Positions 26,474 to 38,185 are shown, counted from the stretch's first letter. The stretch: 64,000 nt of DNA from Eledone cirrhosa (GCA_964016885.1 CAXHJY010001605.1:92936-156935); one strand, 5' to 3'. Notes: generated by a model from the sequence alone, not told the origin. A program made the numbers and translations.

Positions 26474-28113
26474 CCCTTTAGCATTCACATTACTCTATAT
26501 ATACTATTGTATTTTTACAATAAAGGCTTTACCTCACATATCTCACATAACATTTACATTACTCTATATATACTATTGTATTTTCATAGTAAAGGCTTTA
26601 CCTCACATAATATCTCACATAACATTTACATTACTCTATATATAGTATTGTATTTTCATAGTAAAGGCTTTACCTCACATAATATCTCACATAACATTTA
26701 CATTACTCTATATATACTATTGTATTTTCACAGTAAAGGCTTTACCTCACATAATATCTCACATAACATTTACATTACTCTATATATACTATTGTATTGT
26801 CACAGTAAAGGCTTTACCACACATAATATCTCACATAACATTTACATTACTCTATATATACTATTGTATTTTCACAGTAAACACTTTACCTCACATAATA
26901 TCTCACACATTTACATTACTCTATATATACTATTGTATTTTCACAGTAAAGGCTTTACCTCACATAATATCTCACATAGCATTTACATTACTCTCTATAT
27001 ACTATTGTATTTTCACAGTAAAGGCTTTACCTCACATAATATCTCACATAGCATTTACATTACTCTATATATACTATTGTATTTTCACAGTAAAGGCTTT
27101 ACGTCACATAATATCTCACATAACATCTACATTACTCTCTATATACTATTGTATTTTCACAGTAAAGGCTTTACCTCACATAATATCTCACATAGCATTT
27201 ACATTACTCTATATATACTATTGTATTTTCACAGTAAAGGCTTTACCTCACATAATATCTCACATAACATTTACATTACTCTATATATACTATTGTATTT
27301 TCACAGTAAAGTCTTTACCTCACATAATATCTCACATAGCATTTACATTACTCTCTATATACTATTGTATTTTCACAGTAAAGGCTTTACCTCACATAAT
27401 ATCTCACATAGCATTTACATTACTCTATATATACTATTGTATTTTCACAGTAAAGGCTTTACCTCACATAATATCTCACATAACATTTACATTACTCTAT
27501 ATATACTATTGTATTTTCACAGTAAAGGCTTTACCTCACATAATATCTCACATAGCATTTACATTACTCTATATATACTATTGTATTTTCACAGTAAAGG
27601 CTTTACCTCACATAATATCTCACATAGCATTTACATTACTCTATATATACTATTGTATTTTCACAGTAAAGGCTTTACCTCACATAATATCTCACATAAC
27701 ATTTACATTACTCTATATATACTATTGTATTTTCACAGTAAAGTCTTTACCTCACATAATATCTCACATAGCATTTACATTACTCTATATATACTATTGT
27801 ATTTTCACAGTAAAGGCTTTACCTCACATAATATCTCACATAACATTTACATTACTCTATATATACTATTGTATTTTCACAGTAAAGTCTTTACCTCACA
27901 TAATATCTCACATAGCATTTACATTACTCTATATATACTATTGTATTTTCACAGTAAAGGCTTTACCTCACATAATATCGAATCTGAGATTTTGAAATTA
28001 ATTATTTTGAGAACAATACCTTAACATCAGTATAAGCAGCCAGTTACAGCCGGTTTAAACAGAAAGAGGTGAGACATATCTCGCCGGATACGGCCAGTTT
28101 GAATGCTAAAGGA
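26474..28113. mobile_element. piggyBac-like MITE with CTAA target duplication and an internal 72-bp array (~21 copies, ~26486-27978)
   Basis: ctaa|ccctttagcattca...tgaatgctaaagga|ctaa. An empty-site paralogue, gttattctaaagac, is visible at ~28605. Confidence 0.8.
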
Positions 28114-28260
28114 CTAAAGACTCTTCGGAGGAACCACATTTCAGCTGTTTGTATTCACAGTCATTCTGTGACTCTTTCTGGAGACATTCTAACCAGATGT
28201 CCAAATTTCAGAGCTGTGATCTCAGAGAAGTAGTGGCTCTGCCTGGAGTGAACCCATCAT

Positions 28261-28588
28261 CTTAGTGGTTAGAGCATTGGGCTTGCAATCAAAAGGTTGT
28301 GAGTTCAATTCTCAGACCGGGTGATGTGTTGTTTCCTTGAGCAAGACACTTTATTTCACGTTGCTCCAGTTTACTCAGCTGTAGAAATGAGATGATAGAG
28401 ACTGAGGTCCCTATCATTCCACTGCAAAGTGGTCGTGGAGGTGCCACGGCAAAAAAGCACCCAGCACTCACTGTAAATGAGGTTGGTGTTAGGAAGGGCA
28501 TCCAGCTGTAGAAATCAAGCCAGAATCAGTTCCCGTCCCACCCTTGCAAGCAGGGATAAGCGGACGTAAAATGAAATGAATGAAATGA
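28261..28588 (+). mobile_element. SINE family 1, nearly full length
   Basis: Matches 54259-54592. Confidence 0.92.
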
Positions 28589-29094
28589 TACCCTATCAAA
28601 TTATGTTATTCTAAAGACCCTTTAGAGGAACCCCACTTCGGCCACTTGTATTCGCGATCATATTCTTTCAGCCATTAACCAAAATTGTAAGTTTGGCTTT
28701 TACCCCCACTTCTTCAGATGTTGATAAATAAAACAGCCGTCAGGTATTACAGGGGTCAACATAATTGCCTTCAACCCCACTACCATACCCACACCAGTAG
28801 GACTAGATGAAAAAGATGTATATCATTTGTCTCAGTCTTAGAGGTAGATTCTACCATAAAGGTGAAAAAAAGATGCATGATATAACTTTTTTTTTCTTCC
28901 GGGGGTAACGGGGCGGGGGTCCCACCTTAAGACAAGTATTGACCAATATCCATTCAATGATCAATACTAACGATGAACGATGAACGAAACAATAAAAGAT
29001 ATGGAATTTTTAGCATTGTGACATTTGGAAACATTTCACTCATCCCTAAATGAACAAAGCTATGTGGTGCAACACCACAGACTGCTAATACTCA

Positions 29095-29193
29095 ATTGGG
29101 GTTCACGGGGTTTTTCGCATTTTCTTAGTGTGCCGTTCGAAATTTCGCGGCACGCTTAGGAAGATCTCGTGGCACACTGATTGAGAATCACTG
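29095..29193. mobile_element. One end of a hAT-like element
   Basis: ggcacactgattgagaatcactg resembles hAT/Charlie termini; partner end not found. Confidence 0.4.
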
Positions 29194-29345
29194 GTCTAAG
29201 GGTTGCACAGCATTTCCTTTGTTGGTAAGGTCCTCGTTGAGACATGGATTGGGAGAAGAATATAAGGAGGAGAGAAATGAGGATGGGGTGGGGGTCGTCA
29301 AGAAATGAGAGCACAGAGAAGAAGAAAATGTAGAGGAGGACCTAC

Positions 29346-29432
29346 CTGACACCAGAGAAGGTTCCGGAGGGGAGTTTCATGATTTCCTCCAACTTACGGA
29401 CTAATTTCAAAGCTTGCTCTTTTTCTACATTG
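29346..29432 (-). CDS. PTPRN2: Internal exon (87 nt, phase 2-2) of the same IA-2/phogrin-like gene; peptide NVEKEQALKLVRKLEEIMKLPSGTFSGV(R)
   Basis: Minus strand reads atattttcCAG|C AAT GTA...GGT GTC AG|GTAGGT. The frame is open and resembles the recalled phogrin segment [27 protein letters not shown]. AG+A joins in frame to exon 1450-1529. Confidence 0.8.
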
Positions 29433-29460
29433 CTGGAAAATATGGAAAAATCAATATATA

Positions 29461-29491
<31 letters not shown>

Positions 29492-29564
29492 ATTTCAAGA
29501 CTAAAATCCAAAGAGGGCTCGATAAGGATAAATATATATCAAATATATAAGAACCGTAGAGCAA

Positions 29565-29877
29565 ATATTTATTAAAATAACAGATTAAAGTTTAAGCAAA
29601 GAATCGCTGCTTTCACCCTTAACGGGATCTTCTGAAACTAACAAAGTCAATCTGTAAACGCAGAAGTGGATATTTCAAAAAACGTTGCAACCGGAGGAAG
29701 ACAGGAAGACGATACTTTGGTTCGTGGAAACGTTCGCTGGCAAAGAACGGGAAAAAACGTTGCAATGTTTTTTGAAATATCCACTTCTGTGTTTACAGAT
29801 TGACTTTGTTAGTTTCAGAAGATCCTGTTAAGGGTGAAAGCAGCGATTCTTTGCTTAAACTTTAATCTGTTATTTTA

Positions 29878-29885
<8 letters not shown>
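29565..29885. mobile_element. Fold-back element, family E (~125-bp arms), between (TA)n tracts; other copies at 40912-41062, 48790-49145 and 58824-59105
   Basis: atatttattaaaataacagattaaagtttaagc...ttgcaa and its reverse complement. Confidence 0.85.
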
Positions 29886-29929
<44 letters not shown>

Positions 29930-29939
<10 letters not shown>

Positions 29940-30260
29940 AGATCAAAAGATGGTTAAAAGAGTTCCATGTATTTTATTATGCGCATTTCAAAAACAAATA
30001 GAGAGACATGATATGAAGGTTAAAGCACACTTGTGAATAGTGCAGTTTTAAATCAACTATTCAAAAGTGTGCTTTAACCTTCATATCATGTCTCCCTGTT
30101 TTATCTGACGAAAACGCAAATGTTATTGCATGATGATATTTGTTTTTGAAATGTGCATAATAAAATACAAGGAACTCTTTTAACCATCTTTTGATCTTAT
30201 ATATTATTTATACTCCAGTCCTACAAACTGTAGAGTGCTACTTATCCGATATCTGCATTG
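29930..30260. mobile_element. Fold-back element, family A, second copy (left arm has lost the ribozyme core)
   Basis: Homologous to 14297-14677; inverted arms visible. Confidence 0.85.
30097..30167 (+). ncRNA. Type I hammerhead ribozyme motif (family A)
   Basis: TGTTTTAT-CTGACGA-stem II-GAAA-TGTGCA-TA-ATAAAATA. Confidence 0.7.
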
Positions 30261-30470
30261 CTACACACACATACATATATATACACACACACATATATAT
30301 ATATATACACACACAGACACACACATATATATATATACACACACACAGACACACACATATATATATATACACACACACACACACATATATATATAATTGG
30401 TGTTGGATGCTTAAAGTGTCCGTATGCGGTGGGCCATATGAGCACTCAATGCCCTCGTAGAGCAGAGTAT

Positions 30471-30640
30471 GATATCACAGAAAAAAGAGAATCAGTGTTG
30501 TGACAAAAGGAATTTATTGGACATATTACAATCGTTTCTCTGGCGACCAGCTCGAGGCACGATCGATGTGGTGATCGAACCCGACTCTGAAATTAATTCC
30601 ATTTGTCGCAACACTGTTTCTCTTTTTTTATGTGATATCA
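30471..30640. mobile_element. Fold-back element, family B, second copy (3' half of hammerhead only)
   Basis: gatatcacagaaaaaagagaatcagtgttgtgacaaa / tttgtcgcaacactgtttctctttttttatgtgatatc. Confidence 0.7.
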
Positions 30641-33200
30641 TCATCATCATCATCATTAATTTACGTCCGTTTTTCCCTACTTGCAAGGGTGGGATGGGAA
30701 CTGATTCTGGCTAGATTTCTGCAGCTGGATGCCCTTCCTAATACCAACCTCATTTACAGTGTGGGCTGGGTGCTTTTTTGCCGTGGCATCTCCACGACCA
30801 CTTTACAGTGAGTGCTGGGTGCTTTTTTGCCGTGGCATCTCCACGACCACTTTACAGTGTGGGCTGGGTGCTTTTTTTCCGTGGCACCTACACGTCTACT
30901 TTACAGTGAGTGCTGGGTGCTTTTTTGCCGTGGCACCTACACGTCTACTTTACAGTGAGTGCTGGGTGCTTTTTTGCCGTGGCACCTACACGTCTACTTT
31001 ACAGTGAGTGTTGGGTTCTTTTTTGCCGTGGCACCTACACGTCTACTTTACAGTGAGTGCTGGGTGCTTTTTTGCCGTGGCACCTACACGTCTACTTTAC
31101 AGTGAGTGCTGGGTGCTTTTTTGCCGTGGCACCTACACGTCTACTTTACAGTGAGTGTTGGGTTCTTTTTTTGCCGTGGCCCCTACACGTCCACTTTACA
31201 GTGAGTGCTGGATGCTTTTTTGCCGTGGCACCTACACGTCCACTTTACAGTGAGTGCTGGGTGCTTTTTTGCCATGGCACCTACACGACCACTTTACAGT
31301 GAGTGCTGAGTGCTTTCTTGCCGTGGCACCTACACGTCCAATTTACAGTGAGTGCTGTGTGCTTTTTTGCCATGGCACCTCCACGACCACTTGGCAGTGG
31401 GTGCTGGGTGCTTTTTTGCCGTGGCACCTACACGTCCACTTTACAGTGAGTGCTGGGTTCTTTTTTGGCCATGGCACCTCCACGACCACTTTACAGTGAG
31501 TGCTGGGTGCCTTTTTCCCGTGGCGCCTTCACGTCCACTTTACAGTGAGTGCTGGATGCTTTTTTTGCCGTGGCACCTACACGACCACTTTACAGTGAGT
31601 GCTGGGTTCTTTTTTTGCCGTGGCACCTTCACGTCCACTTTACAGTGAGTGCTGGGTGCTTTTTTCCCGTGGCGCCTTCACGTCCACTTTACAGTGAGTG
31701 CTGGGTGCTTTTTTTCCGTGGCATCTCCACGACCACTTTACAGTGAGTGCTGGGTGCTTTTTTCCCGTGGCGCCTTCACGTCCACTTTACAGTGAGTGCT
31801 GGGTGCTTTTTTTCCGTGGCATCTCCACGACCACTTTACAGTGAGTGCTGGGTGCTTTTTTCCCGTGGCACCTACACGTCCACTTTACAGTGAGTGCTGG
31901 GTTCTTTTTTGGCCATGGCACCTCCACGACCACTTTACAGTGAGTGCTGGGTGCTTTTTTTCCGTGGCATCTCCACGACCACTTTACAGTGAGTGCTGGA
32001 TGCTTTTTTTGCCGTGGCACCTACACGACCACTTTACAGTGAGTGCTGGGTTCTTTTTTTGCCGTGGCACCTTCACGTCCACTTTACAGTGAGTGCTGGG
32101 TGCTTTTTTCCCGTGGCGCCTTCACGTCCACTTTACAGTGAGTGCTGGGTGCTTTTTTGCCGTGGCACCTACACGACCACTTTACAGTGAGTGCTGGGTT
32201 CTTTTTTTGCCGTGGCACCTTCACGTCCACTTTACAGTGAGTGCTGGGTTCTTTTTTTGCCGTGGCACCTTCACGTCCACTTTACAGTGAGTGCTGGGTG
32301 CTTTTTTCCCGTGGCGCCTTCACGTCCACTTTACAGTGAGTGCTGGGTGCTTTTTTTCCGTGGCATCTCCACGACCACTTTACAGTGAGTGCTGGGTGCT
32401 TTTTTGCCATGGCACCTACACGACCACTTTACAGTGAGTGCTGAGTGCTTTCTTGCCGTGGCACCTACACGTCCAATTTACAGTGAGTGCTGTGTGCTTT
32501 TTTGCCATGGCACCTCCACGACCACTTGGCAGTGGGTGCTGGGTGCTTTTTTGCCGTGGCACCTACACGTCCACTTTACAGTGAGTGCTGGGTTCTTTTT
32601 TGGCCATGGCACCTCCACGACCACTTTACAGTGAGTGCTGGGTGCTTTTTTTCCGTGGCATCTCCACGACCACTTTACAGTGAGTGCTGGATGCTTTTTT
32701 TGCCGTGGCACCTACACGACCACTTTACAGTGAGTGCTGGGTTCTTTTTTTGCCGTGGCACCTTCACGTCCACTTTACAGTGAGTGCTGGGTGCTTTTTT
32801 CCCGTGGCGCCTTCACGTCCACTTTACAGTGAGTGCTGGGTGCTTTTTTTCCGTGGCATCTCCACGACCACTTTACAGTGAGTGCTGGGTGCTTTTTTCC
32901 CGTGGCGCCTTCACGTCCACTTTACAGTGAGTGCTGGGTGCTTTTTTTCCGTGGCATCTCCACGACCACTTTAGAGTGAGTGCTGGATGCTTTTTTTGCC
33001 GTGGCACCTACACGACCACTTTACAGTGAGTGCTGGGTTCTTTTTTTGCCGTGGCACCTTCACGTCCACTTTACAGTGAGTGCTGGGTTCTTTTTTTGCC
33101 GTGACACCTACACGTCCACTTTACAGTGAGTGCTGGGTGCTTTTTTGCCATGGCACCTACACGTGCACTTTACAGTGGCATGATAGGGACCCCAGTCTCT
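30636..33200 (-). mobile_element. SINE family 1 (head missing) with its internal 49/50-bp unit expanded to ~49 copies (30752-33180)
   Basis: Tail at 30636-30750, array of cactttacagtgagtgctgggtgcttttttgccgtggcacc..., SINE body at 33178-33200. Confidence 0.93.
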
Positions 33201-33493
33201 AGACATATTTTTCTCTTGTATATTATTAAACCAAGATATAACTGAGGAGGTATTTAACCATTGAAATAATTCTGCTTTACTTCTTCTTTGTTTAATGATA
33301 TTTCTTAAAATTGCTTTACTAACAAGACCAATTTCTGATTTAGTAGGGTTGATAAGTCTACAACTAGGTTATTAAAATCTACTTTGTGTTCTTTAAGTGT
33401 AATATAGGTTTTAGGTTTTGCAAGGCTTTTAGTTCTATTATCTATTCTTAATTTCCTCGCGATATCATTAGCTTCATTATTTATAATATTGTA

Positions 33494-33880
33494 GGGCGTT
33501 GGATTGGCAGTATTGGTAGAGGGTCGGACGCCATGCTTTCCAGCATAGTTACGTCCCTTTACGATCTGAGTTCAAATCCTGCCGAGGTTGACTTTGCCTT
33601 TCATCCTTACAGGGTCGATAAAATAAAGTACCAGTAATACACTGGGTAATTGCTGGCCTTGTGCCTAAAGTAGAAACAATTATTTATAATATTGTAGGGC
33701 GTTGGATTGGCAGTATCGGTAGAGGGCCAGAGGCCATGCTTTGCAGCACAGAGTTACGGCCAGAGTTCAAATCCAGCCGAGGTTAACTTTGCCTTTCATC
33801 CTTACGGGGTCGATAAAATAAAGTACCAGTAATACACTGGGGTAATTGCTAGCCTCGTGCCAAATGTAGAAACAATTATA
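33494..33880 (+). mobile_element. Two tandem SINE family 2 copies, with a ~20-bp target sequence between and flanking them
   Basis: attatttataatattgtagg at 33476 and 33679; attatatataatatcatagg at ~33876. Confidence 0.88.
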
Positions 33881-34012
33881 TATAATATCATAGGTGTTAT
33901 TTTTAGCTTTTTGATATTTAGTAGAGATACTATCCGTTAAAAGTTGGTTGTATATGGTATTTAACTTCGTAAAGGTTTTTAGTTTTATCAGAGAATACAA
34001 GCATATTATTAG

Positions 34013-34203
34013 AGGGCAGTGGATTGACAGTATCGGTAGAGGGTCGGACGCCATGCTTTCCAGCATAGTTACGTCCCTTTACGATCTGAGTTCAAATCCC
34101 GCCAAGGTTGACTTTGCCTTTCATCCTTACGGGGTCGATAAAATAAAGTACCAGTAATGTACTGGTTAATTGCTGCTGGCCTTGTGTCTAAAGTAGAAAC
34201 AAT
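34013..34203 (+). mobile_element. SINE family 2, full length, 11-bp TSD attattagagg
   Basis: TSD at 34005-34015 and 34202-34212; tRNA-like A and B boxes. Confidence 0.92.
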
Positions 34204-34620
34204 TATTAGAGGATTTAATATCAGAAATATCATTAGAAAGTTTAGTTTGAAAATTATTATTGTACTTAGGAAATTTTAGTTGGTTGATCATATTAACTAA
34301 GTCTAACTCAAAGTGGGCCATATCTTTAACTCTTGGTGGATATTTATATGACTTAATATCAAAGTAATCTATTGAATTAGTATTGAACTGTCCATCTCAT
34401 TCTTTATATAACTCTTTCAACTTTATCAATCAACATTTTGGTGTAAGATGCATTAGAAGGGGTCTTATTTTTTTATAGAGTAATCCATATCATATATATC
34501 CATGTTTTATGTTGGTTAATTTCCTTATAACCGTAGAGTGCTCAACTTATCGGGCTAGAAGATGCCAATCACATTTCTAAGATGCAGAATTTGCTTCAAT
34601 CATTTCCGGTGGGAGCTGTT

Positions 34621-34746
34621 TGTGTGTTAAGTATTTCCGTAGAAAAGATAAAGGAAAGAAGAGTGCTCTATGTATTGTACAGACCTCTGTACAATACATA
34701 GAACACGCTTCTTTCCTTTATCTTTTCTACGGAAATACTTAACACA
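34621..34746. repeat. Fold-back hairpin (~62-bp arms, 2-nt loop) at the 5' end of the Penelope-like element
   Basis: tgtgtgttaagtatttccgtagaaaag...tgtacaga-cc-tctgtaca...cttttctacggaaatacttaacacaca. Confidence 0.85.
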
Positions 34747-34859
34747 CACACACGCACACATATATATATAAATATACATATATATGATATATCTATTTAT
34801 CTATCTATCTACGGTGGGTAAAATTCCCGAGATAAAATATATGATATGATATATATAGA

Positions 34860-35005
34860 TATAAATATAAATAAAGGGAGGGTGAGAAAGAGGGAGGTGA
34901 GAGAGTGAGAAAAAGAGAGAAAGCAAGCAAGACAGAGAGAAATAAAGAGAGAGCAGATGATAGAGAGAAAGAGGGAGAGAGTGAGAAAAAGAGAGAAATC
35001 AAGCA

Positions 35006-35043
<38 letters not shown>

Positions 35044-35240
35044 TGGGGACGTTGAGAGAGAGAGAGAGAGAGACAGTGGGGACGTTGAGAGAGAGAGAGA
35101 GAGAAAGAGGAGAGAGAGAGAGAGAAAGAAAGAGGAGAGAGAGAAAGAAAGAGGAGAGAGGGAGCAGCGGGTGGAGAGAAAGAATGAGAAAGAGAGAGAA
35201 AGGGGGAAACAGACAGAGAGAGAGAGAGAGAGAGAGTGAA
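34860..35240. repeat. GA-rich microsatellite
   Basis: Directly visible. Confidence 0.9.
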
Positions 35241-35669
35241 AGAAATTAAAATGAGAACAACAAATATTGTGAGCAGACAACAACAACAAAACACAACAAC
35301 AACAGCAGGAATATTGGAGTTTGATTGAATATGAGAATATGAATTCAGGTTATTATAGTTGATAGACTTGACTAATGGAGGTACACAGAGCAAGCAATCT
35401 TTGTCAGAAATATCAGACTGTGTTTTATAAGGCTACACACTGTGTCACCAATGCCGGCAAATCACTATTTCATACATTGGGAAACCTTATAACTGTGTAA
35501 AGATTACATATACAAGATATTAAATAACACCATCGGTAGACGTACGTATGTGGGCAGGAATGTGTGTGGATGTGTGGATGTGTGGATGTGTGTATGTGTG
35601 GATGTGTGTATATGTTTATGTAGATGCATATGTACATATCTATAGGCATCTGTGGCCATGCATGAGAGC

Positions 35670-35712
<43 letters not shown>

Positions 35713-35802
35713 CATACACATATTCACCTACATATAAATACACACACAAACATGTATATATATACATACACACTTATATAGACATATATATACATTAATG
35801 TT

Positions 35803-35854
<52 letters not shown>

Positions 35855-36094
35855 CATACACATATTCACCTACATATAAATACACACACAAACATGTATA
35901 TATATACATACACACATATAGACATATATATACATTAATGTTTATGTATATATATATATATATATATAAACATATATACACATATTCACCTACATATAAA
36001 TACACACACAAACATGTATATATATACATACACACTTATATAGACATATATATACATTAATGTTTATGTATATATATATATATTAATGTTTATG

Positions 36095-36128
<34 letters not shown>

Positions 36129-36134
36129 TATGTT

Positions 36135-36171
<37 letters not shown>

Positions 36172-36350
36172 ATACATACACATATTCACCTACATATAAA
36201 TACACACACAAACATGTATATATATAAATACACACACAAACATGTATATATATACATACACACTTATATAGACATATATATACATTAATGTTTATGTATA
36301 TATATATATATATGTTTATGTATATTTATATATATATATATATATATGAA
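35670..36350. repeat. TA-rich tandem duplication (units containing catattcacctacatataaatac)
   Basis: Four occurrences of the unit. Confidence 0.85.
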
Positions 36351-36691
36351 ATATTACGTTTAGCTTGATTAACATGTCTGATCATTTAATTGCTGCTGGA
36401 GTCGAGTCTATAACAGGAATAAGAACCTTGAGTCACTCACAGAGAACTTCATCATGTTATACTTAATTTATACACCCACACTTGAGTGCTTATAGTGGCA
36501 CCACCACCAATAACTCCACCTACAAAGTTACTGAAATTAAACGATAACACTGAGATTGCAGGCCGTCCCCCCGAATTAAATATTTTCTTTGTTTATGTAA
36601 TCCATAATTCCTTTATTAAGTAACTAATTATGCAATCCACACCTGATGATGTCGCCAGGGTCTTATATAACCAGGCCATTGAAATATATAT

Positions 36692-37197
36692 ACAAAGTAA
36701 AAACCTACTACAGTCAGTAGGCATCTCTATCAAAACACCCCCCCCCCCCGTCCCACCACCTCCACCCCATCCACACCGCCCCTTTCAATGTACAGTTATG
36801 TTGGTCCCACAACATCCAGGCCGAAACAAATGAGATCGTGTAGGTGTCACGACAAAAAACACACAGTCCACGCTGTAAATGTGGCCGTGTAGGTAACACG
36901 GTAAAAACGTCCCAGTCCCACACTGTAAATGTGGTTGGTGTTAGGAAGGGCATCCAGCCGTAGAAAACCCGCCAGACAGTCCACACTGTAATGTGGCCGT
37001 GTAGGCAACACAGTAAAAACCTCCCAGCCCCACACCGTAAATGTGGTTGGTGTTAGGAAGGGCATCCAACTGTAGAAAACCCGCCAGACAGTCCTATGCG
37101 AGCAAGACAACCACTCTTGCCTCAAGTGGGAAAACCCCCGTCCAAACCCATGCAAGCGTGGAACACGGACGCTAAACCCGATGATGATGATGATGAT
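36692..37197 (+). mobile_element. 3' UTR and (GAT)n tail of an RTE-clade LINE, 5'-truncated
   Basis: Reverse complement of 55435-55933, which follows the RT stop codon. Confidence 0.85.
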
Positions 37198-37566
37198 AGT
37201 GTTTTTTGCAACATTCAAACTTTAAGGGAGTATCCTTAGTCCAGTCTCCTGTTGTTTTAATCAAACCAATATTTAACTCAGTTCCAGCACCAACCACAGG
37301 ATTCAACATCAACGTTGGATGTATTGTGTAACGTAGAGTGCTTTTCCTACTATTACATCATGGTTAACTAAACAGAATGACCAGTTCTATCCTGTGGTGA
37401 ACCACTAGACATAAATGAATATATATATATATAGTTAGAGAAGCAAAAAATTGCTTATTGTAATCCAGTTTTTGGTTAAGAAAGCCAGTTTCATGGATGG
37501 TTTCAACGTACGGTTAGGGGTAACTCCACAAGTTTGTAAGAATTCCGTTCAATCTTGGAGTATAAG

Positions 37567-37944
37567 TATAAAAGAGAAAACACAGGTAAGCATTAAGAGA
37601 AGGATTTAATCCAGGTATTTACGACCGTTTCATTGGTAAGTGCAACCTTATATTGCTATACTGCAAATAGCAGCCACTCAATTATAATTGTTGTTCACAG
37701 TCCAAATTTTCAAAATAGTAAGTTACTCTTGAAATAATTCTTAATATATAGAGAAAAACATTTATATTAAGAATTATTTCAAGAGTAACTCACTATTTTG
37801 AAAATTTGGACTGTAAACAACAATTATAATTGAGTGGCTGCTATTTGCAGTATAGCAATATAAGGTTGCACTTACCAATGAAACGGTCGTAAATACCTGG
37901 ATTAAATCCTTCTCTTAATGCTTACCTGTGTTTTCTCTTTTATA
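37567..37944. mobile_element. Near-perfect fold-back element, family F (~180-bp arms), with a decayed long-stem-II hammerhead in each arm
   Basis: 37567-37748 versus 37763-37944, few mismatches. Confidence 0.88.
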
Positions 37945-37963
37945 TATATTCAGTTTTTTTAAA

Positions 37964-38004
37964 CCGAGCTGATGATCTGTCTAAGATGAAACAATTGTTC
38001 TCGG
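37964..38004 (+). ncRNA. Minimal type I hammerhead motif (family C)
   Basis: CCGAG-CTGATGA-TCTGTCTAAGAT-GAAA-CAATTG-TT-CTCGG. Confidence 0.7.
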
Positions 38005-38096
38005 AAATGGTGAACTAACTGTTGTGTTACTACTTCTACCAAACTCCTCCGATGGACCGAGTGCTCTACTACTATGGATATAACTCACCAGTGTTC

Positions 38097-38154
<58 letters not shown>

Positions 38155-38185
38155 GATGATGATGATGATGATGATGATGATTATG

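Larger units (their letters stand above)
33201..34503 (-). pseudogene. Disrupted N-terminal part of a Penelope-like retroelement RT ORF (probably Naiad-type), interrupted by three SINEs
   Basis: Hand translation across frameshifts and SINEs: MDIYDMDYSIKK/PSNASYTKMLIDKVERVIK...YPPRVKDMAHFELDLVNMI...MLVFSDKTKNLYEV/YNQLLTDSISTKYQK...YITLKEHKVDF/PSCRLINPTKSEIGLVSKAIL...QWLNTSSVISWFNNI. This matches recalled PLE motifs ADKT, TLKDHK and CRLINP.KSE.G. Confidence 0.8.

Noticed and set aside
26507-28024. 505-aa ORF of 24-aa repeats
   Set aside because: It is the 72-bp array inside a MITE; no domain and no true ATG start.
35470-35500. Possible upstream IA-2 exon (YTVIRFPN|gtatga)
   Set aside because: The donor would be phase 0, but exon 29346-29432 needs phase 2; similarity is too weak.
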